From an uncultured Collinsella sp. (GTDB lineage: Bacteria > Actinomycetota > Coriobacteriia > Coriobacteriales > Coriobacteriaceae), in NCBI GenBank assembly GCA_958453935.1, contig CAUDZT010000002.1:121-64120 (forward strand): 64,000 bases of DNA, read 5' to 3'. The notes below the pieces were generated by a model. It was not told the DNA's origin. It made no database searches and saw only the letters and a list, made by a program, of their open reading frames with translations. Below, one piece after another: positions 48,857 through 58,762 of the stretch. Both the position numbers and the translations under genes were made by a program. How positions within the stretch are numbered: position 1 is the stretch's first letter; every line of letters begins with the position of its first letter.

Positions 48857-49936
48857 ATGCTCAGGATCGGTCTTCTTACCAGTGGCGGCGACTGCCAGGC
48901 GCTCAACGCCACCATGCGCGGCATCGTCAAAACGCTCATGACCAATAGCGAAGAGCCTATCGAGATCTACGGTTTTGAGGACGGCTACCAGGGCCTTATC
49001 TACAGCCGTTTTCGCGTGATGACGCCGGCAGACTTTAGCGGCATCCTCACCCGCGGCGGCACCATCCTGGGCACGAGCCGCACGCCGTTCAAGCGCCTGG
49101 ATGTTCCCGAGGCCGATGGCGTCGAGAAGGTGCCGGCGATGGTCCACACCTATCACAAGCTGCAGCTCGACTGCCTGTTTATGCTGGGCGGCAACGGCTC
49201 CACCAAGACTGCCAACCGCCTGCGCGAAGAGGGCCTCAACGTTATCGCCCTGCCCAAGACCATCGATAACGACACCTGGGGCACCGAGATGACGTTTGGC
49301 TTTACGAGCGCCATCGACGTCGCCACCAAGTGCATCGACGACATCCACACCACCGCCTCGAGCCACGGTCGCGTGTTTGTCATCGAGATCATGGGCCACA
49401 AGGTCGGTTGGATTCCGCTGTATGCCGGCGTCGCGGGCGGCGCGGATGTTATCCTGATCCCCGAGATCCCCTACGACATGGATAACGTCATCAAGACCAT
49501 CGAGCATCGCATGGAGACCGGCAGCCGCTTTACGATCGTGGCCGTCGCCGAGGGCGCCATCTCCAAGGAGGACGCGGCGCTGTCCAAGAAGGAGTACAAG
49601 AAGAAGCTTGCCGAGCGCACGAGCCCGTCGATCGTCTACGACATCGCCAAGGAAATCGAGGCCAAGACCGGTCGCGAGACCCGCGTCGCCATCCCCGGCC
49701 ACACGCAGCGCGGCGGTCAGCCCGACGCCCAGGACCGCATCTTTGCGACCCAGTGCGGTGTCGAGGCAGCGCTCGGCTGCCTGCGCGGCGAGTTTGGCTA
49801 CATGATTGCCCTGCGCGACGGCAAGATGTGCCATATGCCGCTCGAGGATGTCGCCGGCAAGCTCAAGTACGTCGATCCCCAGAGCGATCTGGTGCGCGAG
49901 GCCAAAGCGCTGGGCATCAGCTTCGGCGACGAATAG
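48857..49936 (+). CDS. pfkA: 6-phosphofructokinase
   Basis: LTSGGD..LNA, GGTILGTSR, GGNGS, PKTIDND, EIMG, GH.QRGG. Confidence 0.95.
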   Translation: MLRIGLLTSGGDCQALNATMRGIVKTLMTNSEEPIEIYGFEDGYQGLIYSRFRVMTPADFSGILTRGGTILGTSRTPFKRLDVPEADGVEKVPAMVHTYHKLQLDCLFMLGGNGSTKTANRLREEGLNVIALPKTIDNDTWGTEMTFGFTSAIDVATKCIDDIHTTASSHGRVFVIEIMGHKVGWIPLYAGVAGGADVILIPEIPYDMDNVIKTIEHRMETGSRFTIVAVAEGAISKEDAALSKKEYKKKLAERTSPSIVYDIAKEIEAKTGRETRVAIPGHTQRGGQPDAQDRIFATQCGVEAALGCLRGEFGYMIALRDGKMCHMPLEDVAGKLKYVDPQSDLVREAKALGISFGDE

Positions 49937-50112
49937 CCTCGGCCGAAACTGCTCTCATCGGAGGCCCCAGGGCTTACCTCCCAAATCGTCCTCGGACATG
50001 TCAGGATCCCGCCGTGCGCTTCGCGCGGCGGGATCCTTCCGTCCTGCGGAAAGATTTGGGAGGTAAGCTCTGGGGCCTCCTGCGGTAACTAGGGAGGCCG
50101 AGGCTATTCGTC
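49928..50112. repeat. ~185-bp nested palindrome after pfkA
   Basis: gacgaatagcctcggcc/ggccgaggctattcgtc outer, ggaggcccca..cccaaatc/gatttggg..tggggcctcc middle, ggatcccgccg..gc-ttc-gc..cggcgggatcc inner. Confidence 0.8.
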
Positions 50113-50329
50113 TTCTTGCTGCAAGTGCGTGGGCTGAGATTTTGGGATGTTGCAAGCTCTTAGCTGAGAGTAGCACTGACATTTGTCCTAAAATGGCTGG
50201 TCGTTAGGGGTTGCTACCGGTAGTTGCGGTAGGGTCGGAGCAGATTCTAACTAGAAATGGTGGTCGCTACCGGTTGTTCTCGGCATACTCGGCTCATTCG
50301 ATTACGGTCACTACATGAAAGGAACTGCT

Positions 50330-51250
50330 ATGGATCTTGCAATGGCACAGCGGCTCGTTGACCGCCGCAAGGCTGCCGGGCTTTCTCAGGAGGCGCTTGC
50401 TGCCCAGCTGGGCGTAAGCCGCCAGGCTGTTAGTAAATGGGAGCGCAGCGAGTCCTCACCCGATACCGATAACCTTATTGCGCTCGCCTCGCTGTATGGC
50501 GTGTCGCTGGATGAGCTGCTATATGGGGAGGCGGCCAACGATGCCGACGACCTGGAGGACGGTAGCGCCGACACCGAGACGGCGGATGTGGCTGACGAAG
50601 CTGAGGATTCTGCCGAGCACGCCGATTGCGGCGACAAACCACTTGTCGATATTTCCCTCGCGCGCGGTATCCACGTCATTGATCCCAATAAAGGCGAGGA
50701 AGTCCATGTTGGTTGGAGCGGCATCCATGTGACCAACGAGCGCAAGGGCGAAGAGGTGCATGTGGGACCGGGCGGCGTGCATATCGATACGCTTGAGGAC
50801 GATGGACATAGCGTGCGCACCAATGACGACGGCACCGTCACCATCGACGGCGAGACGTTTTCCAGCTGGAAAGAAGCACACGACAAGCTCGACCATCATG
50901 GCAAGCATTTCCACACCAAGGTCGGACGTGCATGGAACAAATTCCCCTTCCCCGCACTTGTCACTCTCGCCTATCTGGTGCTCGGCATTGTCTACGGCAC
51001 ATGGGGCATGGGGCTTTTCCTCGTCTTTTTGGTTCCCGTCTACTACGCGATTGGTGACTTCATCGATCGACGCCACCTGTCTAAGCTGATCGAGGTCATC
51101 TACCCGGCAGCCGCCATCGCTTGGTTCCTCTACATGTGGCTCTGTTTGGGACAGCCCCATCCTGCATGGATCATCCTCATCACGATTCCCATCGTAAAGG
51201 CGCTCATGCGCTGGTGTCGCAAACAATGGAAGTGCCGCAAACAGGCCTAA
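50330..51250 (+). CDS. Xre-family HTH regulator with C-terminal membrane domain
   Basis: GLSQE.LA..LGVSRQAVSKWE..ES.PD..NLI.LA.LY.VSLDELL; 4 C-terminal TM; start ATG 50330 behind GAAAGG. Confidence 0.9.
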   Translation: MDLAMAQRLVDRRKAAGLSQEALAAQLGVSRQAVSKWERSESSPDTDNLIALASLYGVSLDELLYGEAANDADDLEDGSADTETADVADEAEDSAEHADCGDKPLVDISLARGIHVIDPNKGEEVHVGWSGIHVTNERKGEEVHVGPGGVHIDTLEDDGHSVRTNDDGTVTIDGETFSSWKEAHDKLDHHGKHFHTKVGRAWNKFPFPALVTLAYLVLGIVYGTWGMGLFLVFLVPVYYAIGDFIDRRHLSKLIEVIYPAAAIAWFLYMWLCLGQPHPAWIILITIPIVKALMRWCRKQWKCRKQA

Positions 51251-51299
51251 ACCGCCCCAACCAGCCAGCGCCATTCATCCGACACCGCCCGCCCCTTCC

Positions 51300-51367
51300 A
51301 AGTTGCGGTGAAATATGGACTGTTTTGAAGCTCCAAAGCGCCAAACAGTCCCTATATCACCGCAACT
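51300..51367. repeat. Inverted-repeat element family C copy 2
   Basis: aagttgcggtgaaatatggactgttt / aaacagtccctatatcaccgcaactt. Confidence 0.8.
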
Positions 51368-51699
51368 TACAAACAACTGGGTCAGTTCCGGCACGGAGAT
51401 TAGCATTGAACTGACCGCACACCAAGAAAAGGGCCCATTTACTACGTTTAACTCGAGAGGGCCGACCATACCCGCCTTTTCCGATAATTGGCAAGCCCTC
51501 TACCTGCGGTTTTAATTTCATAATCTTTGTCATGGTCGAGGGTGTGGTAGCAAACGTAATAGATAGGCCCATTTTATGACATACGACCCATTCAAGCTCA
51601 ATCTCGAAGGCTAAAGAGAGCCTCTCATCCACGCCTGTGAGCGAAAACCAAATAGAATGAAAGGCAAATGGAAACGCCCGTTTAACGAGCGGAGGACAT

Positions 51700-52020
51700 A
51701 TGCGCGACGTAGCCGAAAGCGACTGGAAGCTGTTTAAGAAAATGCTTCCTCAATGGCAAGAACGTTATATGGAAAAGCTCATCGGCCAGTATGTTGAGAT
51801 ACTGAACGGCGACAGTGAAGCGTCCAGTAGATTTTGGGCACTAGAAGAGCACCTCAATAGAGACAAGCTGTCCTCAGGCGTAATTGCAAACGACATTCGC
51901 CGCAGCACAATGCACCGCGAGATAGCCAATTTGCTTATCGACAGCGTGATCACCCTTGACGACCTTGACGGTTTTACCGAGGACATTAAGAGCTATGCGC
52001 AACACTGGATTGGCCAGTAA
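51700..52020 (+). CDS. Conserved-looking hypothetical protein
   Basis: 106 aa, GGAGG RBS, ESDWKLF..LP.WQERYM motif; lower GC. Confidence 0.75.
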   Translation: MRDVAESDWKLFKKMLPQWQERYMEKLIGQYVEILNGDSEASSRFWALEEHLNRDKLSSGVIANDIRRSTMHREIANLLIDSVITLDDLDGFTEDIKSYAQHWIGQ

Positions 52021-52085
52021 GAGCACTGAACGACAGACATCCCCGGCAAAACGGGGCAAACGCCGGGCCACCTAATGGTTGTCCG

Positions 52086-52138
52086 GCGTTTGCCCAGATA
52101 AAACCTGCCAAAATAAACTTGTCCCTTTTTGGCAGGTT
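52086..52138 (+). repeat. REP-like element family A copy 5
   Basis: gcgtttgcccagataaaacctgccaaaataaacttgtccctttttggcaggtt; overlaps permease stop. Confidence 0.85.
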
Positions 52139-54902
52139 ACTCGGCACTCTTGAGGGCGCCGACCATGTCGATCTTATTGAGGGTGCGATTGGTAGCGAGG
52201 TTGACGATAAACGTAAAGGCAAAGGAAAGCACTACGGCGAGCACATAACTCAGCGGCTCGACCTCAACGTCAAAGTAGAGCGACGGCATCTGCAGAATGT
52301 ACGTAAAGCTCTCGGCCAGCAGGCTACCCAGCGGCACGCCCAACGCGGCGCCAATCGCCGTGAGGATTAACGTCTCCTTGTTGACGTAGTGGTGCACCTC
52401 GCCGCGACGGAAGCCCAGCACCTTGATAGTCGCCAGCTCGCGCTCGCGCTCCGAGATGTTGGTGTTAGACAACGTAAATACCACCACAAACGACAGGCAC
52501 GCCGCCATAAAGGTCACAAGCACCACGACCGAATTGATAATCGTAAAGTTTGCCTCATAGTTTTCCCAATGCTCGGCGGTACTCGACAGCGTAATCCAAC
52601 CATCGCTCTTAAGACGGTCGGTAAACGCAATCTGATCGGCCGACGAACCCTTAAGCAGCGCAAGGATGCCGTTAAGGCGCGCGCTTCGACCGAACGCGCG
52701 CTCATAGGTGCCCTGCGTCATGTAAAGCGTATTGCCCAGATAGTTGAGCGAGATGTCGCTGACTTTGACCTTGGCAACATTGAGCGACGAATCCTGGACG
52801 TGAGCCGTGTCACCCGGCTTGATCCCCAGCACCAGCTGAGAGCTCTTGCTCAAATACACATCCCCGTCACGCAGGGCGAGCGGTTCTTTGGACTCATCCT
52901 CCAGGCGCACGTAATCGCCCAAGTCACCCGTGCGGTCGTCGGGAATCACGATGAGCTGCACGGTCTCGCTCTTACCGCCAAATGTAAAGGTGACGTTGTC
53001 TGTCATAATTGGCAGCGTCGAAGTCACGGTCACGTTGGAATCCTTGGCTGCACTGCGTTCATCCAGTGCTGCGCACGTCTGCGAAAAATCGTCGGGGTTG
53101 GCGACCGCCAGCAAGTCGTAGCGCGTGATGTGCCCGTACTGCTTGGGCGACAGCGCGACCGACGTATCGCGGATACCCATACCGCAGATCACGAGCGCCG
53201 TGCATCCCGCAATGCCAAAGATGGTCATAAAGGCGCGCTTTTTGTAGCGGAACAGGTTGCGTGCAGCGACCTTGTTCAAAAAGCCCATGCGGTGCCAGAT
53301 AAAGCCGATGCGCTCGAGCAGAATGCGCGAACCGGCGCGCGGAGCCTTGGGGCGCATGAGCGAGGCAGGGGTCTCGGCCATCTCGTGGCGGCAGGCGATA
53401 ATCGTGGCTCCCACCACGCCCACGGCAAACAGCGCCACCGAAACGATCGAGGACACGATGTCGTACGAAAGTAGCATCTGGGGCAGCGAGTACATGTCGT
53501 CGAACACCGTAAACAAGAACAGCGGCAGACCCACAAATCCGATGATATTGCCGAGCACGCCACCGATCAGACACGCCCACAGCGAGTAGTCCACATATTT
53601 GGACAGGATACGCCCGCGTGAATAGCCGAGCGCCTTGTACAGGCCAATTAGTGTGCGCTCCTCCTCGACCATGCGGGTGGCGGTGGTGAGGCTGATAAGC
53701 ACGGCGACGATAAAGAAGATGAACGGGAACACCGTGGCGATGGCCTCGATCGAAGAACTATCGCTCTCGACGCTCGAGTAGCTTGCGATATTGCCGCGGT
53801 CCTGGATGTACCAGGTGCATTCGCCTAGGTCGGAGAGCTCGGCGCGGGCATCGGCAAACTGCTGGTCGGCGGCGGCGCGGCGCTGGTCCAGGTCGGCTTG
53901 CGCCTGCGCACGCTCGTCGCTGCCCTCGGCCATGCGATTGATGTTGTCCTGCTCGATCCCAAAGAGCATGGCGGCCTGACGCTCGGCCGTATCCAAGCTT
54001 GTCGGCGTGTCAACCGTCAACTCCTGGACGCGCACCTTCTCACGCTCCTCGCGGATCTTCTCGATATTGCCTTTGACCTCGTTGATCTTTGTCGTGTAGG
54101 CATCCGAATAGGAGTTGAGGCTCTTGGCTCCCTCGACGACCACGTGGACCGCGGAGTAGGAAGAAGATGTCGCAGCATCCTCGCTCACATAGAACTTATA
54201 GTCCGCCGCCAAAGCAGCGCGAAAGGCGTTGACTGTCGAGTCGGAGCTCACGTCGGTAGGATCGAGGACCTCGGCCGTAATGGTGTACTCGCCCGCGGCA
54301 AACTGATCCTTGGCGCTTTGGTTCGACGAGCTCGCGTCATTGGCGGCAAAACTCACCGTATCGCCGAGCTTTTTGCCCGAAGCCTTCAGGAACTTCGAAG
54401 TCACCGCGACCTCATCGGCGCCCTCGGGCAAATCGCCGTTCACGAGCACTGGCTGATCGATGTTCTCCTTGGAGAGACTTTGCACGACCACGCGCTCGCG
54501 CGTTGTGCCCACGGCGGTGTAGGCGGTCTCGGTGTAGATACCCTCGGCCGTCTCGACGCCGTCGACCTCTTGAATGGCCGCAAGATCGTCACGCGTAAGA
54601 CCATAGGTCGACTGCACATTAATGTCATAGACATTCTGCTGGTCAAAATAGGCGTCAACCGAATCGCACAGGTCCTCGCAGCCCGCCTTAAGACCGCACA
54701 TCACACTCACGCCGAGCGCGGTGATGACCACGATGGACAAGAAGCGCTTAAGACTGCCTCGGATTGTGCGGTAGATGCCACGGCGAAACACCGCCGGCAC
54801 CATATCGTTTGAGCTTTGGGCAGTGCGGTAGGTCGTAAAATCCTGCTCTCGCTCCGTGTTCTGCGCGTCGCGGCGTTGGCTGTTTTGGCGGTCCTGATTC
54901 AT
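52137..54902 (-). CDS. FtsX/MacB-like ABC transporter permease
   Basis: RFLSI..I.ALG, RMVEEER..IG.YKALGY, RNL.RYKKR, ERERELATIKVLGF, IDMV.ALKS.E. Confidence 0.92.
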   Translation of the reverse strand: MNQDRQNSQRRDAQNTEREQDFTTYRTAQSSNDMVPAVFRRGIYRTIRGSLKRFLSIVVITALGVSVMCGLKAGCEDLCDSVDAYFDQQNVYDINVQSTYGLTRDDLAAIQEVDGVETAEGIYTETAYTAVGTTRERVVVQSLSKENIDQPVLVNGDLPEGADEVAVTSKFLKASGKKLGDTVSFAANDASSSNQSAKDQFAAGEYTITAEVLDPTDVSSDSTVNAFRAALAADYKFYVSEDAATSSSYSAVHVVVEGAKSLNSYSDAYTTKINEVKGNIEKIREEREKVRVQELTVDTPTSLDTAERQAAMLFGIEQDNINRMAEGSDERAQAQADLDQRRAAADQQFADARAELSDLGECTWYIQDRGNIASYSSVESDSSSIEAIATVFPFIFFIVAVLISLTTATRMVEEERTLIGLYKALGYSRGRILSKYVDYSLWACLIGGVLGNIIGFVGLPLFLFTVFDDMYSLPQMLLSYDIVSSIVSVALFAVGVVGATIIACRHEMAETPASLMRPKAPRAGSRILLERIGFIWHRMGFLNKVAARNLFRYKKRAFMTIFGIAGCTALVICGMGIRDTSVALSPKQYGHITRYDLLAVANPDDFSQTCAALDERSAAKDSNVTVTSTLPIMTDNVTFTFGGKSETVQLIVIPDDRTGDLGDYVRLEDESKEPLALRDGDVYLSKSSQLVLGIKPGDTAHVQDSSLNVAKVKVSDISLNYLGNTLYMTQGTYERAFGRSARLNGILALLKGSSADQIAFTDRLKSDGWITLSSTAEHWENYEANFTIINSVVVLVTFMAACLSFVVVFTLSNTNISERERELATIKVLGFRRGEVHHYVNKETLILTAIGAALGVPLGSLLAESFTYILQMPSLYFDVEVEPLSYVLAVVLSFAFTFIVNLATNRTLNKIDMVGALKSAE

Positions 54903-54907
54903 GGGCG

Positions 54908-55609
54908 CTACCACTCGATCGTCTCGATCGGCACGGGATTTTGCTGGACCGTCTCGCTCTCCACGCGGCCGTTCTTAAAGCGGATCAGGCGATCGGCCAT
55001 GGGCGCCAGCGCGGAGTTGTGGGTGATGATAATGACCGTGATGCCTTGCTTGCGACAGGTGTCCTGCAGCAGCTGCAAGATCTGCTTGCCGGTTTTGTAG
55101 TCGAGTGCACCCGTGGGCTCGTCGCACAAAAGCAGCTTGGGGTTCTTGGCCAGCGCGCGGGCGATGGACACACGCTGCTGCTCGCCGCCCGAAAGCTGCG
55201 CCGGAAAGTTAGCGAGGCGGTCGCCCAGGCCAACTTGACGAAGCGTTTGCTCGGCATCGAGCGAATCGGGGCAGATCTGAGCTGCGAGCTCAACGTTTTC
55301 GAGGGCCGTCAGGTTGGGAACCAGATTGTAGAACTGAAAGACAAAGCCCACGTCGGCGCGGCGGTATTCCACAAGCTGTGCCTCGTTGGCAGCGCTCACG
55401 TCACGCCCGTCCACCGTCACGGTGCCAGAAGTCGCCGTGTCCATGCCGCCCAGAATGTTGAGGGCCGTGGTCTTGCCGGCACCCGAAGCACCCAAAATGA
55501 TGGCGAGCTCGCCGCGCTCGACCGTAAAGCTCGCGCCGTCGAGCGCGTGGATGCGGGCATCGCCCTCGCCGTATGCCTTGATGACGTCTTTGAATTCGAT
55601 ATAGGCCAT
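54908..55609 (-). CDS. ABC ATP-binding protein (LolD/MacB-like)
   Basis: [35 protein letters not shown]. Confidence 0.96.
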   Translation of the reverse strand: MAYIEFKDVIKAYGEGDARIHALDGASFTVERGELAIILGASGAGKTTALNILGGMDTATSGTVTVDGRDVSAANEAQLVEYRRADVGFVFQFYNLVPNLTALENVELAAQICPDSLDAEQTLRQVGLGDRLANFPAQLSGGEQQRVSIARALAKNPKLLLCDEPTGALDYKTGKQILQLLQDTCRKQGITVIIITHNSALAPMADRLIRFKNGRVESETVQQNPVPIETIEW

Positions 55610-55658
55610 CGATTAATTCCCATCTGGTCGGATAACTCTTTAGTATTACCCATTTCCC

Positions 55659-55710
55659 ACCGACCAAAAAGGGACAGGTTCATTTTGGCAGGTTTTATAA
55701 GGGGAAACGT
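55659..55710 (-). repeat. REP-like element family A copy 6 (reverse)
   Basis: accgaccaaaaagggacaggttcattttggcaggttttataaggggaaacgt. Confidence 0.8.
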
Positions 55711-56021
55711 ACCTCTTTGGGGGCAGCGCGGGACGCGCAGGGGCGGCCGTGCAGATCGGCACAGCCGTCTCACGTGGAATCGACCGACGCCTGCCTTTCC
55801 GTGACACCGGCAACTCGTTTTTGCTTGTTGGCATGGCCGCCATTATGCCTTGGGACTGAGCACTCAAATTCTCACTCCTCATTGCCACGCTTGCCGCAAG
55901 CTATCAGGGTGACGAGATGACGACGCTCGCTGTAGCAGCGCAGCCACACTCTATAAGCGAGGCGTTTGCCAGCAAAAAAGCGCGCGACAGGGTAAGCCCG
56001 CCGCGCGCTATCCTATGCGGA

Positions 56022-56696
56022 CTAGTTATTGTTGTTGGTCATCGAGGCCACTGCTGCCGCAAGATTGGAAATGGGCATCGTCTGCAACCAGATGCGACCG
56101 GGACCGGTGAGCACGGTGTTGAACACGCCCTCGCCACCAAACATGATGTTTTTGACGCCCTTGACCATTTGAGCGTCGATGCTCACGGTCTCCTCAAAGC
56201 CGGCCACGTTGCCGGTATCCACAATCATCTGCTGGCCAGCAGCGAGCTCGTACTCAACCAGGTCGCCGTCGATCTCGGCAAAAGCAACACCCGAGCCCGT
56301 GAGCTTCTGCATGATAAAGCCCTCGCCGCCAAAGACGCCGGCCTTTGCCTTCTTGTTAAAGTGAATGCTCAACTCGACGCCACTTTCCGCGGCAAGGAAC
56401 GAACGCTTCTGCAAAATCCAGCTCTTGCCCGGACCGATCTCGATTGGCACGATGCGGCCGGGGAAGCAGGAGCCAAACGCGATCATGCCATCGCCACGCG
56501 CGGTCCAAATGTTTTGGAACAATGCCTCACCCGAAAAAGCCTTGGAGAACATCTTGCCGATGCCACCGCCCGAGGTAGACATTTCCATGTTGGGGGTCAT
56601 CCAAGCCATGGCGCCGCTTTCGGTGATCATGGATTCGCCATCGCTAAGGTTGCACGTAACAACCGGGAAAGCCCCTCCGCCGATCTCGTACTGCAT
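56022..56696 (-). CDS. TIGR00266/AIM24 family protein
   Basis: ESGAM, GE..F.N, FGGEG.F...LTG.G..WLQTMP. Confidence 0.9.
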   Translation of the reverse strand: MQYEIGGGAFPVVTCNLSDGESMITESGAMAWMTPNMEMSTSGGGIGKMFSKAFSGEALFQNIWTARGDGMIAFGSCFPGRIVPIEIGPGKSWILQKRSFLAAESGVELSIHFNKKAKAGVFGGEGFIMQKLTGSGVAFAEIDGDLVEYELAAGQQMIVDTGNVAGFEETVSIDAQMVKGVKNIMFGGEGVFNTVLTGPGRIWLQTMPISNLAAAVASMTNNNN

Positions 56697-56791
56697 GACC
56701 GTCTCCTTTCCACTCAGGAGCCGAATAACGATGCCTATATTTTAGCAGGTAGAGATGCATATGTTCACACCGCCCATGCCCTCTCCTGCGG

Positions 56792-56846
56792 ACGTTTCCC
56801 CAGATAAAACCTGCCAAAATAAACCTGTTCCTTTTTGGCAGGTTTT
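56792..56846 (+). repeat. REP-like element family A copy 7
   Basis: acgtttccccagataaaacctgccaaaataaacctgttcctttttggcaggtttt; overlaps kinase-fragment stop. Confidence 0.85.
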
Positions 56847-57365
56847 AAAGGCAAACGGTGAAGGTGATCTGGTTGCCGTGACCGGATACGGTGGCGGCGC
56901 CTCCATGGGCCTCGGCGATGGCACGCACCACGGACAGGCCCACGCCCGAGCCGCCCGTCTTGGAGCTGCGCGACGCATCCGCACGATAGAAGCGATCGAA
57001 CAATCGGTCCAGGTCGCCCTCGGGCAGCTCGTCCACGGCGTTCGATACGACAAGCTCGGCGGCGCCCTTGCCTTTGCCGTGCGAAACGGCGCACAGGCTC
57101 AGCTCAATCACGCTGCCCTCGCTCGCATAGCGCGTGGCGTTGTCCAGTAGCAACTCAACCACCTGCGCCACCGCCGCGGCATCGGCATGGGTCCGCACGC
57201 CGGTCGCAATCGACGTCGACAGGCGTTTACCGCCTGAGACCGCCACCGACTTAAACGGCGCCGCCGCCTTGTTCACCGCCTCCGAAAGATCGATCGACGC
57301 CATGGTAAAGCCCGCCGAGCCCTCGTCCATGCGTGCCAAGAACACCAAGCGCTCCGTGAGCGCCG
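56845..57365 (-). pseudogene. 3' remnant of a sensor histidine kinase (end of HisKA + HATPase_c only)
   Basis: LTERLVFLARMDE, LLDNA.RYA, FDRFYRAD.SR, GGSGVGLS present; no H-box, TM or sensor domain upstream. Confidence 0.75.
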
Positions 57366-57541
57366 ATAATAGCGCACCCGCACTCGCCTTAGTGCTGCCT
57401 TAGCAGGTCGGTGAGCATATTTAAAAAAGCAAGGTTATAGCTTAGTCGGACTTAAGGAACGGGCGGCTTCACATCTCGCCCTGCAAACAACGCCCGTACA
57501 GCGAGCGCGCTTGCCGCATGGGCGTTGCGGCCGCCTGCAGC

Positions 57542-58117
57542 TTATAGATAGGCACCCTCGAGGCGCAGCAGCCACTCCTTGCGATCCAGTCCACCGGCGT
57601 ATCCGTTGAGCGATCCGTCGGCCGCGACCACGCGATGGCACGGCACGATAATCGAAATAGGGTTGCGAGCGACCGCAGCCCCCACCGCGCGAGGAGATAC
57701 AACGGGCGCTTCATTTCCCGGCACACGATGTCGAGCGGCAACACGCTGGGCGATCTCGCCATACGTAGCGACCTCGCCACGCGGGATCGAAAGCAGCTCA
57801 AACCAAACCTCACGCTGAAACGCCGTGCCGATCATATGCAACGGCGGCGTAAACCGAGGTTCCTGCCCTGCAAAATAAGCATTCAGCCAAGCCCAGGAAC
57901 GCTCAAGCACCGAAGAGGCCGCACCATTTGCCGGACTCACCGACGACATGCCACCAGTACCGGAAACCGCATCGACGCCTTCAACATGTTCGGAGTCTTC
58001 ACGGAGAAGCGTGGAGCCAAAGTGCTCCTGCCCCTCAAACCAAAGCCCCGTCAGACCGCGGCCATCAGCGGCAAGCAGGATTTCGCCCAAAGGCGAAGCA
58101 AACGTCGTCGTGACCAC
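57542..58117 (-). CDS. ogt: Methylated-DNA-protein-cysteine methyltransferase
   Basis: SPLG, GT.FQ..VW..L..IP.G...TYG, RAVG, NP.SI.VPCHRV, GYAGG..RK..LL.LE. Confidence 0.95.
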   Translation of the reverse strand: MVTTTFASPLGEILLAADGRGLTGLWFEGQEHFGSTLLREDSEHVEGVDAVSGTGGMSSVSPANGAASSVLERSWAWLNAYFAGQEPRFTPPLHMIGTAFQREVWFELLSIPRGEVATYGEIAQRVAARHRVPGNEAPVVSPRAVGAAVARNPISIIVPCHRVVAADGSLNGYAGGLDRKEWLLRLEGAYL

Positions 58118-58283
58118 CAGCGGCTCCTTTCAAAACTCCGCAACATAATACCGCGAACTGTGCAGACAACCCCCGCAGATACGTCCGGGCGGGCTCGCAA
58201 TTGCTTCAGCGAGACTGTTTTCCCTAATCAAGCGAAAAAGACGCAGGGCTTCGACGCCAGGGCGGTACCCCCGCCAGCTGAGC

Positions 58284-58456
58284 TCTAATACTTTCCCGAG
58301 AAGTGAACGAGTAAAAACGAAGTCCCGGAGCATCCACACCTTTAGACCGCAAAACCGCAGGATTCGCGCTGCAAAACCGCAGGACATAGCAATCAAAAAA
58401 TGCCAATGCTTCTGGGGTCCAAATAAGGGCGTTCACTTCACGGGAAAAGTATTAGA
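58284..58456. repeat. ~173-bp element with ~26-bp imperfect terminal inverted repeats
   Basis: tctaatactttcccgagaagtgaacg / cgttcacttcacgggaaaagtattaga. Confidence 0.7.
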
Positions 58457-58622
58457 CCTCAATTCGCACCAAGCCCAAAGTCACCCCAGGCAGCAGGCGC
58501 GAAGCGCCGAGGCCGCCGCCGGGACTAGGGCCCGCAACAACCACGTGCCCCCACATCAGCCCAGCGGCCCCAACCAGCAACGGCCCCATCGCAGGCCGCT
58601 CGCAGCCGAGTCACCGCAGGCA

Positions 58623-58744
58623 GGGGCCGGGCTTGGTTTTCAGAACATTCCGCAGACCAGTGTGGCGCCTTGTCCGCAGCTCCGAAGGAGCAGGACAAGG
58701 CGCCACACATGGTCGAGGACGTTCTGAAAACCAAGCCCGGCCCC
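58623..58744. repeat. ~122-bp nested palindrome downstream of asd
   Basis: ggggccgggcttggttttcagaac/gttctgaaaaccaagcccggcccc; tgtggcgccttgtcc/ggacaaggcgccaca; apical gctcc-gaa-ggagc. Confidence 0.8.
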
Positions 58745-58762
58745 CGCCGGACAGGTCCACCG

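Noticed and set aside
51357..51632. 91-aa minus-strand ORF in the lower-GC islet
   Set aside because: No clear RBS or recognisable motif; runs into repeat sequence; may be a remnant but unsupported
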